NCBI GenBank assembly: GCA_947589395.1
Contig: CANQAA010000001.1
Span: 449 to 64,448 of the forward strand
From: an uncultured Clostridia bacterium
Lineage (GTDB): Bacteria > Bacillota > Clostridia > Christensenellales > CAG-917
DNA length: 64,000 nucleotides
Direction: 5' to 3'
Below, piece after piece: positions 41,131 through 50,240 of this stretch. Both the position numbers and the translations under genes were made by a program. The notes below the pieces were generated by a model, which did not search any database, was not told the DNA's origin, and saw only the letters and a list, made by a program, of their open reading frames with translations. Numbering within the stretch: position 1 is the stretch's first letter; the number at the start of each line of letters is the position of its first letter.

Positions 41131-41704
41131 TTCTATTATATAAAAATATGTTGCTTTTGATCTTTCACGTTACAATATTGATAGGGTAGTTTAGTTATCC
41201 CATGCACAAACGTATGAACGTTGTTTTGAAGACATTCAATCGCTTTTCCCGCATTTTTCGAATCTACACTTCCCACAAGCGGGACAAGTTTGCGTGACAA
41301 TTTAGGCATTATGTTTAATTGAACAGGCTATATACGTCTCTTCGGCAATTGTATAGCTGCTTGGATGTTGCAAGATCACCCTTTATTCCCGCTTTTTGGT
41401 CTGCTGGTTTCTGTGGCCGGACAAAATGCCGGCGCGATCTTTATGTTTTTGCGTTTTTATAAATATTACCTTTTATACTTTTACTTTTCCTGCGCTCGGT
41501 GGATGTTTGTTTTAACTCCTCACTTCGCAAGGGCGTTTTTATGCGCCCGTCGCTTTATCGACGATATTTGGGCTGCCGCGCCATATTTTCGTCACATACA
41601 GTATATTAGTTAACAAGTAAACTAATATGCATCATCAAAAGTTTCTGCGTTTGATCCGCTATGCGGAACGTATGATGTTTGCAATATACTTTGTGGAGTT
41701 TGGA

Positions 41705-42400
41705 TCACTTTGCGGCGTTCAGGGTGCGGATGATCGCGGGAAGGAGTTCTTCGTAGCGGCTCAAGCCCTTTTTGACAACAGAAGAGAAGCTCTCGGGAGC
41801 GCTATCATCGGCGCGATCGGAAACGACTTTGATTGAAACGAGGGGAAGCCCGTTTCTTTCGGCGGCGATGGCAATGCCCGCAAGTTCCATGTCGCAAATT
41901 TGCGCTCCAAAGTCCTCACGCAGACTGTGCTTTGTCTCTGCGCCCGCAACGAACACGTCGCCGGAGGCAACGCTCACCCGCCTCAGAGCGCTCTCAGAAG
42001 CCGTCAGAGAGGCGACGAGCCCTTCGTCGAGGACAAACCAGACGTCGTCCTTGCCGTCGTACTGTCCAGCTTTGACGCCGTCTAAGGCGGACGTGTCGAA
42101 TTGATAGTGGCAGACTTTGTCCGCTATCACAACCGAGCCCACGTCGAGGTCGTTTGCAAGCGCGCCGACGAAGCCGAAGTTGACGATCGCCTCGACAGAG
42201 TAGACGTCCTTGAGCAACTGTACGGCAAGCGCCGCGCGGATCTCGCCGACGCCGCTCGTCGCAACGAAGAGTTCGTCCTCGCCTGTCATGACGGCGCGAA
42301 CGGTCACGCCCGCGACGGTATCGACCTTTTTCACGTTTCCCAACTTTTGATATATCGGCAGGGCCTCTTCGGCCATTGCCGCGATGATACCTATTTTCAT
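41705..42400 (-). CDS. mtnN: 5'-methylthioadenosine/S-adenosylhomocysteine nucleosidase family protein
   Basis: MKIGIIAAMAEEA...TSGVGEIRAA...CDMELAGIA match PNP_UDP_1 / Pfs-like motifs. Confidence 0.75.
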   Translation of the reverse strand: MKIGIIAAMAEEALPIYQKLGNVKKVDTVAGVTVRAVMTGEDELFVATSGVGEIRAALAVQLLKDVYSVEAIVNFGFVGALANDLDVGSVVIADKVCHYQFDTSALDGVKAGQYDGKDDVWFVLDEGLVASLTASESALRRVSVASGDVFVAGAETKHSLREDFGAQICDMELAGIAIAAERNGLPLVSIKVVSDRADDSAPESFSSVVKKGLSRYEELLPAIIRTLNAAK

Positions 42401-42505
42401 AACGAAAACATTTTAGCATAGCGGGGGAAGATAATCAAGCGCAATCGAGGCGGGAATTTTTGCCGCGAGGTTGCAATTTTTTGGGATTGATGTTACTATT
42501 TTCGT

Positions 42506-43201
42506 GTGGAAAACGAAATAGACTTTTTGACGGAAGGAGCAAGAGCGCTCGGCGTGGAGCTTGAAAGAGGCAAGTGCGAAAAGCTCGTCGACTTCAAGCG
42601 GCGGGTGCTCGAGGCGAACAAACTTTTCAACCTCACCGCGATAACAAACGACGAGGAGTTTTTGATCAAGCACATTCTCGACTCCCTCTCGGCATCCCCC
42701 CTCATATCTCGCGGCGCGAGACTGCTCGACATAGGCTCGGGGGCGGGCTTTCCCGCCATGCCGCTCGCGATAGCGCGGGAGGACATATTTGTCGTTGCCC
42801 TTGACGCGACCTTGAAAAAGACGACGTTTTTGAGCGAGGCGGCAAGGGAGCTGAACGTAACAAACCTCACCGCCGTAAGCGGACGCGCGGAAGAGAAGCG
42901 CGAGCTTTTTTGCACTTTCGATTTCGTTACCGCGAGAGCGGTCGCGCCGCTGACAATACTTCTCGAACTCGCCTCCCCGATGCTTAAGGCGGGCGGCACG
43001 TTCGTTGCGTACAAAACGGACGAAAACGAGGTTTATCTTGCAAAAGAAGCGCTTAAAGTGCTGAATATGAAATTTGAGGGCGCAAAACGGTTGACTCTCC
43101 CGAACGGAGACGGGAGAAGTTTGCTGCTGTTCGAGCAGGTTTTGCCCTGCCCGAAAAGATATCCGAGACAGTTCGGAGCGATCAAAAAACACCCACTGTA
43201 A
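42506..43201 (+). CDS. rsmG: 16S rRNA (guanine527-N7)-methyltransferase
   Basis: GTG start. NLTAITNDEEFLIKHILDS and the SAM motif LLDIGSGAGFPAMPLAI. Lies upstream of parAB. Confidence 0.9.
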   Translation: MENEIDFLTEGARALGVELERGKCEKLVDFKRRVLEANKLFNLTAITNDEEFLIKHILDSLSASPLISRGARLLDIGSGAGFPAMPLAIAREDIFVVALDATLKKTTFLSEAARELNVTNLTAVSGRAEEKRELFCTFDFVTARAVAPLTILLELASPMLKAGGTFVAYKTDENEVYLAKEALKVLNMKFEGAKRLTLPNGDGRSLLLFEQVLPCPKRYPRQFGAIKKHPL

Positions 43202-43333
43202 GCGCGTTTTGAAAAACGATTTTTGCAAAAATCTCAAGTTACGGCGGCAAGCGGAAATAAGTTCAAATCAAAATATTAAATAATATTAAGCAACTGCCTT
43301 GAAAAATTTTTCGTTTTATGGTACACTGCTTTT

Positions 43334-44101
43334 ATGGCGCGCACGATTGCTTTTTCAAATCAAAAAGGGGGCGTTGGCAAGACCACGACCTGCGTCAATC
43401 TCGCGGCGGCGCTCGCGGGAATGGGCAAAAAGACGCTTGTGGTGGACTTCGACCCGCAGGCGAATGCGTCAAGCTCTCTCGGGGTGTTCGACAAAAACGA
43501 GAAGGGCTCGATATATTCCGTTTTGTGCGAAGATCTCGACATAAACGACGCGATCGTACCAAGCGAGGAAGATGGGCTCTTCTTCATTCCATCCTCAAGC
43601 GACGTTGCGGGAGCGGAGTTGGAGCTTTCTCAGATCGTCATAGGGCGGGAGCGCGTCCTCGAGGAAAAGTTGGAGGAACTAAAGGGTGAGTTCGACTTTG
43701 TATTCGTCGACTGTCCGCCCTCGCTTGGACTTTTGACAGTCAACGCGCTCACGGCGTCTGACGGGGTGATCATCCCCATACAGTGCGAATTTTTCGCGCT
43801 CGAGGGACTCACGCAGATGATGAACACGATCCGCCTCGTCAAAAAGCATCTCAACTCGTCCATCGAGATAGAGGGCGTCGTGCTCACGATGTACGACGCA
43901 AGAGCCAAGCTCACAAAGGGCGTGCTCGACGAGATAACGAAGTTTTTCAAGGACAAGGTCTTTGAAAGCAAGATCCCGCGCAACATTCGCCTCGCCGAAG
44001 CGCCGAGCTACGGAAAGAACATCTTTGCGTACGACCGTCGCTGCGCGGGCGCAAACGCATACATCGCTCTTGCAAAAGAATTTTTGAATAAGATAGATTA
44101 G
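43334..44101 (+). CDS. parA: Chromosome partitioning ATPase ParA/Soj
   Basis: Deviant Walker A in IAFSNQKGGVGKTTT, plus VVDFDPQANAS. Confidence 0.93.
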   Translation: MARTIAFSNQKGGVGKTTTCVNLAAALAGMGKKTLVVDFDPQANASSSLGVFDKNEKGSIYSVLCEDLDINDAIVPSEEDGLFFIPSSSDVAGAELELSQIVIGRERVLEEKLEELKGEFDFVFVDCPPSLGLLTVNALTASDGVIIPIQCEFFALEGLTQMMNTIRLVKKHLNSSIEIEGVVLTMYDARAKLTKGVLDEITKFFKDKVFESKIPRNIRLAEAPSYGKNIFAYDRRCAGANAYIALAKEFLNKID

Positions 44102-44110
44102 GAGGCTATT

Positions 44111-45004
44111 ATGGCGACAAAAAAAGGCGGACTTGGAAAGGGTCTCTCCGCGCTGTTCAGCGACAGCGAGGTGAACGTCCCCGTTGAAAATCTCGAGGAT
44201 TATCAAATCGTGGATATAGACATATCCCTGCTCGATCGCAACCTCAAGCAACCCAGAAAATCCTTTGACGACGACAAGCTCAAGGAGCTTGCCTCATCCA
44301 TCTCGACCTACGGCGTGCTTCAGCCGCTCATTCTTGCAAAGCAAGGCGAAAGATATCTGATCATCGCGGGCGAAAGAAGATACCGCGCAAGCCTCATCGC
44401 GGGCAAAAAGACCGTCCCTGCGATCCTAAAAGAGTACACCCCCGAGCAGATACAGGAAATTTCCCTCATCGAAAACCTGCATAGGGAAGACCTCAACGCC
44501 ATCGAGGCGGCGGAGGGTATGCGCGAGCTCATGGACAATCACGGGCTCACTCAGGAGGAAGTCGCTCAGCGCATAGGCAAGTCCCGCCCGTACGTCACGA
44601 ACACGCTCAGGCTGTTGCAACTGCCAAAGGAAGTGCTCGATCTCGTGCGCTCGGGAGAACTCTCGCCCGGTCACGCAAGGACGCTCATCTCCATTGACAA
44701 CAAGGCGTTTTTGATCGAACTCGCAAAAAGAGCGGTGCAGAGCGGCATGTCCGTGAGAGAGCTCGAACAGCACGTCCGCATGTACTTCACGCGCAAGGAT
44801 ATCCCCGTCGGGCCCAACAAAAATCAGGAAGTCACCCTCGAGATGAAGGAGTTCGTCAGCGACCTAAAGCGCCTCTTTGCAACGAAGGTAAAGATCAAAG
44901 GCAATCGCAACAAGGGCAGGATCACCATCGACTACTTCTCGGCGGACGATCTTGACAGAATTTACTCCCTCGTCCACGCGATGAAAGAGAAGAGCGAAAT
45001 GTAA
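44111..45004 (+). CDS. parB: Chromosome partitioning protein ParB/Spo0J
   Basis: GLGKGLSALF, LQPLIL..YLIIAGERRYRA (ParB box) and an HTH (LTQEEVAQRIGKSRPYVTNTLRLL). Confidence 0.93.
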   Translation: MATKKGGLGKGLSALFSDSEVNVPVENLEDYQIVDIDISLLDRNLKQPRKSFDDDKLKELASSISTYGVLQPLILAKQGERYLIIAGERRYRASLIAGKKTVPAILKEYTPEQIQEISLIENLHREDLNAIEAAEGMRELMDNHGLTQEEVAQRIGKSRPYVTNTLRLLQLPKEVLDLVRSGELSPGHARTLISIDNKAFLIELAKRAVQSGMSVRELEQHVRMYFTRKDIPVGPNKNQEVTLEMKEFVSDLKRLFATKVKIKGNRNKGRITIDYFSADDLDRIYSLVHAMKEKSEM

Positions 45005-45005
45005 A

Positions 45006-45040
45006 ACTCGGGCGCGGCCAAGCGGCTGCGCCGTTTTTGA
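45006..45040 (+). terminator. Intrinsic terminator after parB
   Basis: GGCGCGGCC-aagc-GGCTGCGCC followed by GTTTTT. Confidence 0.6.
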
Positions 45041-45140
45041 AAATTGCCTCTATAAGACGTCAAAACGCTGCCTTTTGTTAGTTCAAACGCTTTTCGTTTT
45101 TCAAAACGAAATATTCGACGACTAATACTTAAAAATCACA

Positions 45141-46310
45141 ATGTACGCGCTGCTGCTTGCTTTAATTTATCTTGCCTTCATCAGTTTGGGGCTGCCGGAC
45201 TCCCTGCTTGGCGCGGGGTGGGCGGTCATGCACGTCGAGATGGGCGCTTCGGTGTCGTCTATGGGCGTGCTCACGATGATAATTTCCGGCTCGACGATCG
45301 TCTCGAGCTTGTTTTCCGACAAACTCACAAAAAAGTTGGGCACGCGGGTGGTGACGGTGGTCTCCGTCTTTTTGACCGTCGTCGGACTTTTGGGATTTTG
45401 TTTTTCAAACAAATATTATTTGCTCGCGATATCTTCTATCCCGTACGGCTTGGGCGCTGGCGCGATAGACGCGTCGCTAAACAACTACATCGCGCTTCAC
45501 TACTCGGCAAAACATATGAGCTGGCTACATTGTTTTTGGGGCGTCGGCGCGATCGTGAGCCCGTTTATCATGGGTTATTCGCTCGCAAACATAAGCTGGC
45601 GAGGCGGCTATTTCATCGTGGCGTGCATTCAGATCGTCATCGGATTTATTTTGCTTGCGACCCTGCCCGTTTGGAAGGTCAATCCGATAAAGGAAGCGGA
45701 ACAGAAGGGGAGCGTGGGGGTGATATCCGCGCTTAAGATCAAGGGCGTGCCCCTAATTTTGCTCGGGTTTTTCGCATATTGCGCGGCGGAGGCGACGACA
45801 ATGCAGTGGGCGAGCACATATTTTGTTCAGGTCAAATCTTTGAGCGCGGAAAAAGCCGCAAATCTCGCGTCTCTATTTTACATCGGCATGACGGCGGGAA
45901 GGTTTGTCGCGGGGTTCGTCTCGGACAGGCTCGGGGACAAGAAAATGATCATAATCGGCACATGTATTTTGTTTTTGGGGTTGATTTTGCTTGCGCTGCC
46001 CGTGCGCGGCACAAATTTGGCTATCGCCGGATTTTTGATAATCGGGCTCGGATGCGCGCCGATATATCCAAGCATCGTTCACTCTACGCCCGGCAATTTC
46101 GGGCTCGCGTCTTCGGGCGCGATAATTTCCATTCAAATCGCCTTCGCGTACGTCGGAAACACGTTTATGCCGCCTCTATACGGGCTTTTGGGAAGTAAGA
46201 TCGGCTTTTCTATCATGCCGTTTTATCTGATATTCTTCTTTGCTCTCATGATCTTGTTCACGATGCTCACGTTCAAAGTTTGCAAAAAGAAAAGCGAGAG
46301 TCTCGCTTAA
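45141..46310 (+). CDS. MFS transporter
   Basis: 389 aa with about 12 hydrophobic segments and MFS-like loops (SDKLTKKLGTR, SDRLGDKKM). Confidence 0.8.
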   Translation: MYALLLALIYLAFISLGLPDSLLGAGWAVMHVEMGASVSSMGVLTMIISGSTIVSSLFSDKLTKKLGTRVVTVVSVFLTVVGLLGFCFSNKYYLLAISSIPYGLGAGAIDASLNNYIALHYSAKHMSWLHCFWGVGAIVSPFIMGYSLANISWRGGYFIVACIQIVIGFILLATLPVWKVNPIKEAEQKGSVGVISALKIKGVPLILLGFFAYCAAEATTMQWASTYFVQVKSLSAEKAANLASLFYIGMTAGRFVAGFVSDRLGDKKMIIIGTCILFLGLILLALPVRGTNLAIAGFLIIGLGCAPIYPSIVHSTPGNFGLASSGAIISIQIAFAYVGNTFMPPLYGLLGSKIGFSIMPFYLIFFFALMILFTMLTFKVCKKKSESLA

Positions 46311-47395
46311 CCCTCGCCGACAACTCTTCCGTTTGAAATTTTGATGATCTTTGCGGGACAGTCCACAGTGAAATCGTTGCAAGTCGTTATGATAGTCTGA
46401 AACCCCTCCGTCATTTTTAAGAGCATAGTCTGTCTCGTCTCATCGAGCTCGCTCAGCACGTCGTCAAGGAGCAAAACGGGCGGCTCGCCTATCTCGTCTT
46501 TGTATATGACGACCTCTCCGAGCTTCATTGAGAGCGCTATTGAGCGCTGTTGCCCTTGCGAGGCGTACTTTCTGCTGTCCTTGCCGTTGATTTCGATCTT
46601 TATGTCGTCCCTATGCGGTCCTACGGTCGAAAAACCGAGTTCCTTGTCCTTCTCGCGCGAGGCGACTATCTTTTGATAGAGTTCTTTTTCGACGTTGTCG
46701 AAATTTTCTATCGTCGTCTCGTATGAGAGTTTGAGCTCCTCTTTTTGCATGCTTATCTCTTTATGAAACCTGTTTGCGGCTTGATTTAGGGTTTGGATAT
46801 ATTCCACGCGCTTTGAAATTATAATCGCGCCTTCTTTTGCAAGGGAGAGATCCCACACGTCCAACATTTCGTCAGCGTGGTCGGAATGATTGTAGTTTTT
46901 GAGCAGGTTATTTTTTTGTTTCAGCAGTTTATTGTAGCGTTGCAGACAGATAAAGTAGCTTTTTTGTTGTTGAGAGAGTCCTATATCCATAAATCTGCGG
47001 CGCTCCTGCGGGGACTCTTTTATGAGTTTCATCTCGTCGGGGGAGAAGAACACGACGCCCAAAACGCCAAGTAATTCCCCCGCCCTTTGCACGGGGATCT
47101 TGTCTATCATCACCCGCTTTTTTCCGCTCTCGTCGATTTGAATGTCTATCCTATACTTTTTATATTTTTTGTCGACTACGACCTTTATGCTCGCTTTTTC
47201 CTCGCCTATTTTTATGAGTTCCTTATCTTTAAGAGTGCGCGGGCTATGCAGCATGGACGCCATATACACGCTCTCGAGCATATTCGTTTTGCCCGTCGCG
47301 TTGTCCCCGAATATGACGTTCAGCCCGCCGTCGAATTTGACGGAGGCGCTCTTGTAATTCCTGAAATTTTCTATTTCGAGGGAGGAAATTTTCAT
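46307..47395 (-). CDS. recF: DNA replication and repair protein RecF
   Basis: LEIENFRNY...GDNATGKTNMLESV (Walker A), SQGQQRSIALS and LLLDDVLSELD. Confidence 0.93.
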   Translation of the reverse strand: MKISSLEIENFRNYKSASVKFDGGLNVIFGDNATGKTNMLESVYMASMLHSPRTLKDKELIKIGEEKASIKVVVDKKYKKYRIDIQIDESGKKRVMIDKIPVQRAGELLGVLGVVFFSPDEMKLIKESPQERRRFMDIGLSQQQKSYFICLQRYNKLLKQKNNLLKNYNHSDHADEMLDVWDLSLAKEGAIIISKRVEYIQTLNQAANRFHKEISMQKEELKLSYETTIENFDNVEKELYQKIVASREKDKELGFSTVGPHRDDIKIEINGKDSRKYASQGQQRSIALSMKLGEVVIYKDEIGEPPVLLLDDVLSELDETRQTMLLKMTEGFQTIITTCNDFTVDCPAKIIKISNGRVVGEG

Positions 47396-47457
47396 AATTT
47401 AAGTATAACCCGTCGGGCGCGATTTTTCAACTTGTTGCGTATTTGTTTTTTATTTAC

Positions 47458-47485
47458 TTGAAAAATTTTTGCATTTTGCTATAAT
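47458..47485 (+). promoter_or_regulatory. dnaA promoter (extended -10) ending 6 nt before the ATG
   Basis: TTGAAA, 16 nt, TGcTATAAT. There is no Shine-Dalgarno sequence between the -10 and ATG 47492. Confidence 0.5.
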
Positions 47486-47491
47486 AAAACT

Positions 47492-48865
47492 ATGATAAAT
47501 ATAGACGAATTTTGGGCGAACGTAAGCACAGAGCTTTCAATTTCAATGAACACTCTGCATTATCAACTCTGGATCGAACATCTTGAGCCCGTTTGCTTTA
47601 TCAACAACTCCCTCGTTCTTATGACCATCACAGAGATGGCAAAGCGCACAATAGACGCAAAATATCGCGACGTGATAAAGGAAGTTGCAAACTCAATCAA
47701 CTCGTTTGTGGACGACATCATCATAATAACTCCCGACAAAAAGGACGAGTTTTTGTCAAAGCAAAATATATTTATCGAAAACAAGGGTTTCGTCACAAAA
47801 AAGCCCGTGAAGGACATTTCGGACATTCGCCATTGCCAATTTCTTGAGAAGTTCACGTTTGAAAACTTTGTGGAAGGCGCGTCAAACAGTTTTGCTCTTG
47901 CCGCTTGCAAGACCGTCGCGGAAAATCCGGGAGGGAAGTACAACCCGCTCTTCATCTACTCCGGCGTGGGACTCGGAAAGACGCATCTTTTGCACTCGAT
48001 AGGCAATTACATCTTCAAAAACTCGCCGAAGACGAGCGTGCTTTACGTCAGCACGGAGTCTCTTGTCAACGACCTTATTTCCGTGTTCCGCACGGGGTCT
48101 AACGAAAAAAACAACGAATTTCGCGAAAAATACCGTTCTTGCGACATCCTCATGGTGGACGACATTCAATATCTCATCGGAAAAGACGCAATACAGAATG
48201 CATTTTTCAACATCTTCAACGACCTGTATCATCAAAACAAGCAGATCATTTTGACTTCGGACAGAGCTCCAAAAGACCTGACTACTCTCGAGGACAGGCT
48301 TCGCACGCGCTTCAGTTGGGGGCTTATGGTCGACATTCAGCCGCCGGATCTCGAACTTAGGGTCGCGATACTCAAAAACAAAGCGGATCAGGCAAACTTC
48401 GACCTCTCCGACGAAGTGGCGCTCTTTATTGCCGAGCACGCGCAGACGAACATTCGCGAGCTTGAGGGATTTTTGAATAAGATAATCTTTTACAGCTCCC
48501 TCACAAACACCGTCATTCGCACAAAAGAGCTTGCGTATGAGGCGATAAGCGACTTCATTGAGGACAAAAAGGATACTGTCGAGGCGTGCGATATCATCGA
48601 TTGCGTCTCAAAATATTTCAACATCTCCCAGCAGGATTTGTTTGCAAAAAAGCGCACGAAGGGCGTCGTTGAGCCGAGAATGATAGCGATCTATCTCATC
48701 ACCGAGCTTCTGCCCATGCCCCTCTCGCAAATAGGGGAGTTGTTTGGCGGAAGGGATCACACGACCATCATCCACGCCCGCGACAAGATAAGCGAAGAGA
48801 TAAAGGTCAATCCCCGCATGCGCATCATCGTCACCGACATAAAAAATATGATATTGAATAAGTGA
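47492..48865 (+). CDS. dnaA: Chromosomal replication initiator protein DnaA
   Basis: AAA+ motifs (GGVGLGKTHLLHSIGN, DILMVDDIQYL) and the domain IV motif (FGGRDHTTIIHARDKI). Confidence 0.97.
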   Translation: MINIDEFWANVSTELSISMNTLHYQLWIEHLEPVCFINNSLVLMTITEMAKRTIDAKYRDVIKEVANSINSFVDDIIIITPDKKDEFLSKQNIFIENKGFVTKKPVKDISDIRHCQFLEKFTFENFVEGASNSFALAACKTVAENPGGKYNPLFIYSGVGLGKTHLLHSIGNYIFKNSPKTSVLYVSTESLVNDLISVFRTGSNEKNNEFREKYRSCDILMVDDIQYLIGKDAIQNAFFNIFNDLYHQNKQIILTSDRAPKDLTTLEDRLRTRFSWGLMVDIQPPDLELRVAILKNKADQANFDLSDEVALFIAEHAQTNIRELEGFLNKIIFYSSLTNTVIRTKELAYEAISDFIEDKKDTVEACDIIDCVSKYFNISQQDLFAKKRTKGVVEPRMIAIYLITELLPMPLSQIGELFGGRDHTTIIHARDKISEEIKVNPRMRIIVTDIKNMILNK

Positions 48866-48867
48866 AT

Positions 48868-48905
48868 TAAAAAAAAACGGCTGTTTTTGCAGCCGTGTTT
48901 TTTTA
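48868..48905. terminator. Bidirectional terminator between convergent dnaA and dnaN
   Basis: A9, then ACGGCTG/CAGCCGT stem, then T7. Confidence 0.75.
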
Positions 48906-48910
48906 TAGTT

Positions 48911-50011
48911 TTATCCGATAACTCTCAAGGGAAGGATGAGATACAGCCACTTGTTTGTCTCGCCCTTTATTATGCACGGGGCAGTTGAGGATGTGAAGTT
49001 GAGCGTAACATACGGCTCGTCGATCGCGTGCATGCAGTCGATGAGATATTTTGAGTTGAAGCCGATGACGAGGTCCTTGCCTTTGAGGCTGATTGCGACC
49101 TTCTCGTTTATCTCGCCGTCCTCGCTGTGCGCGTAAAGCTGGATGTTGTCCTCTTTGACCTCTATCCTCACATAAGATTTTTTATCCAGTCGGTTGATGA
49201 GCGCAACTCTGTCGATGGAGTTTTCAAACTGTTTTTTGTCTATCGTGACTTCGGTTGAAAAGACGTTGGGAATGATGCGCTCGTAGTTGATATATTCCTC
49301 GCTGATTAGGCGTGTGACGATCTTTGTGTGGAAGAGATCCACCATGATGTAGTTTTTCTCGACAAACACGGTGATGGTCTCGTCGCCGTCGTCGATAAGG
49401 CGGGAGAGCTCGTTCATGCTCTTTGCCGGAACGACGATCTTGTCCACAATGCCGTTGTTTTTGATGACGGAGCGTGTGAGAGCAAGGCGATATCCGTCGC
49501 TTGCGACAGCCTCGAGCTCATCCTCTTTGATGTTAAGACATACGCCGCGAAGGGTGGGGCGCGCCTCGTCTACGGACACGTTGAAGATGACCTTGTTGAT
49601 GACTTCTTTCAGCTCTTTTTTCAAGATGACGAAGGAGTGCGAGGTGTCGACTTCCTTGAAAACGGGATATTCTTCCGCCGCAAAACACTTTATTTGCAAC
49701 TCGCTGTCAGGATATCTTATGACGAGTTTTGAAAGCGCCGTACCGTCAAGCTCGACCTCTTCGGTCTCGATCTTCTTCGCGTAATCCGCAAACAGCTTGC
49801 CCGGAACGACGACTTCGCCGTCTATCAAGACTTTGGCGTTTATTTTCTTTTCGATTGCCAACTCCAGATCCGTTGCAAAAAGCGTGAGCGTGTCGTCTTT
49901 TGCGGTGACTTTCACGCCTTCCAATATTGCGTTCGTCCTCTTTTGAGGAAGCGCCTTTACTACCTTGCTCAATGCGTCGCTGAGTTCATTTCCTTGACAA
50001 ATAACTTTCAT
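48911..50011 (-). CDS. dnaN: DNA polymerase III beta sliding clamp
   Basis: 366 aa. MKVICQGNELSDALSKV..ILEGVKV..., three-domain length, C-terminal LYLILPLRV. Confidence 0.93.
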   Translation of the reverse strand: MKVICQGNELSDALSKVVKALPQKRTNAILEGVKVTAKDDTLTLFATDLELAIEKKINAKVLIDGEVVVPGKLFADYAKKIETEEVELDGTALSKLVIRYPDSELQIKCFAAEEYPVFKEVDTSHSFVILKKELKEVINKVIFNVSVDEARPTLRGVCLNIKEDELEAVASDGYRLALTRSVIKNNGIVDKIVVPAKSMNELSRLIDDGDETITVFVEKNYIMVDLFHTKIVTRLISEEYINYERIIPNVFSTEVTIDKKQFENSIDRVALINRLDKKSYVRIEVKEDNIQLYAHSEDGEINEKVAISLKGKDLVIGFNSKYLIDCMHAIDEPYVTLNFTSSTAPCIIKGETNKWLYLILPLRVIG

Positions 50012-50240
50012 AATCGCCTATTATCTCTTTTATTTTTATATTTTTAATAATGATAACATAAATAAGCCCTGTTGACAAGTGGAAAAATACATTCAAAATT
50101 TGATTTTTCGGCAAAATTTCCACTCGCTACTTGCAAATATAAAAAATAAATTTTTCTTGATTTATGTTGATAACCTCGCCGACTTATAAACATTTCTTTA
50201 AACTTACGCACACTTATCCACTATATGGATAATTGCCCGA
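50012..50240. promoter_or_regulatory. DnaA-box cluster plus AT-rich tracts upstream of dnaN (candidate oriC or dnaN control region)
   Basis: Head-to-head boxes TTATCCACT (50214-50222) and TTATCCATA (complement of 50224-50232) are each 8/9 matches. TGTTGATAA (50165-50173) is 8/9 and AGTGGAAAA (50078-50086) is 7/9. AT-rich tracts at 50021-50070 and 50131-50170. Confidence 0.45.

Larger units (their letters stand above)
37047..41704. other. 4.6-kb region without credible coding potential (ORF desert)
   Basis: The longest ORFs in all six frames are 137 aa or shorter and compositionally implausible. The region contains parS sites, a dyad-unit array and strongly strand-skewed segments. Confidence 0.75.

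Noticed and set aside
40791-41704. Calling this region oriC outright.
   Set aside because: Only degenerate DnaA-box matches occur here: the best is TTATCCCCA at 8/9, and the others are 6-7/9. A better box cluster exists upstream of dnaN. The idea is kept as a hypothesis within the findings rather than annotated as a feature.
42413-43237. 274-aa ORF on the minus strand overlapping rsmG.
   Set aside because: rsmG on the plus strand has the SAM-binding and family motifs and correct synteny with parAB. The minus-strand product is Arg-rich with no motifs.
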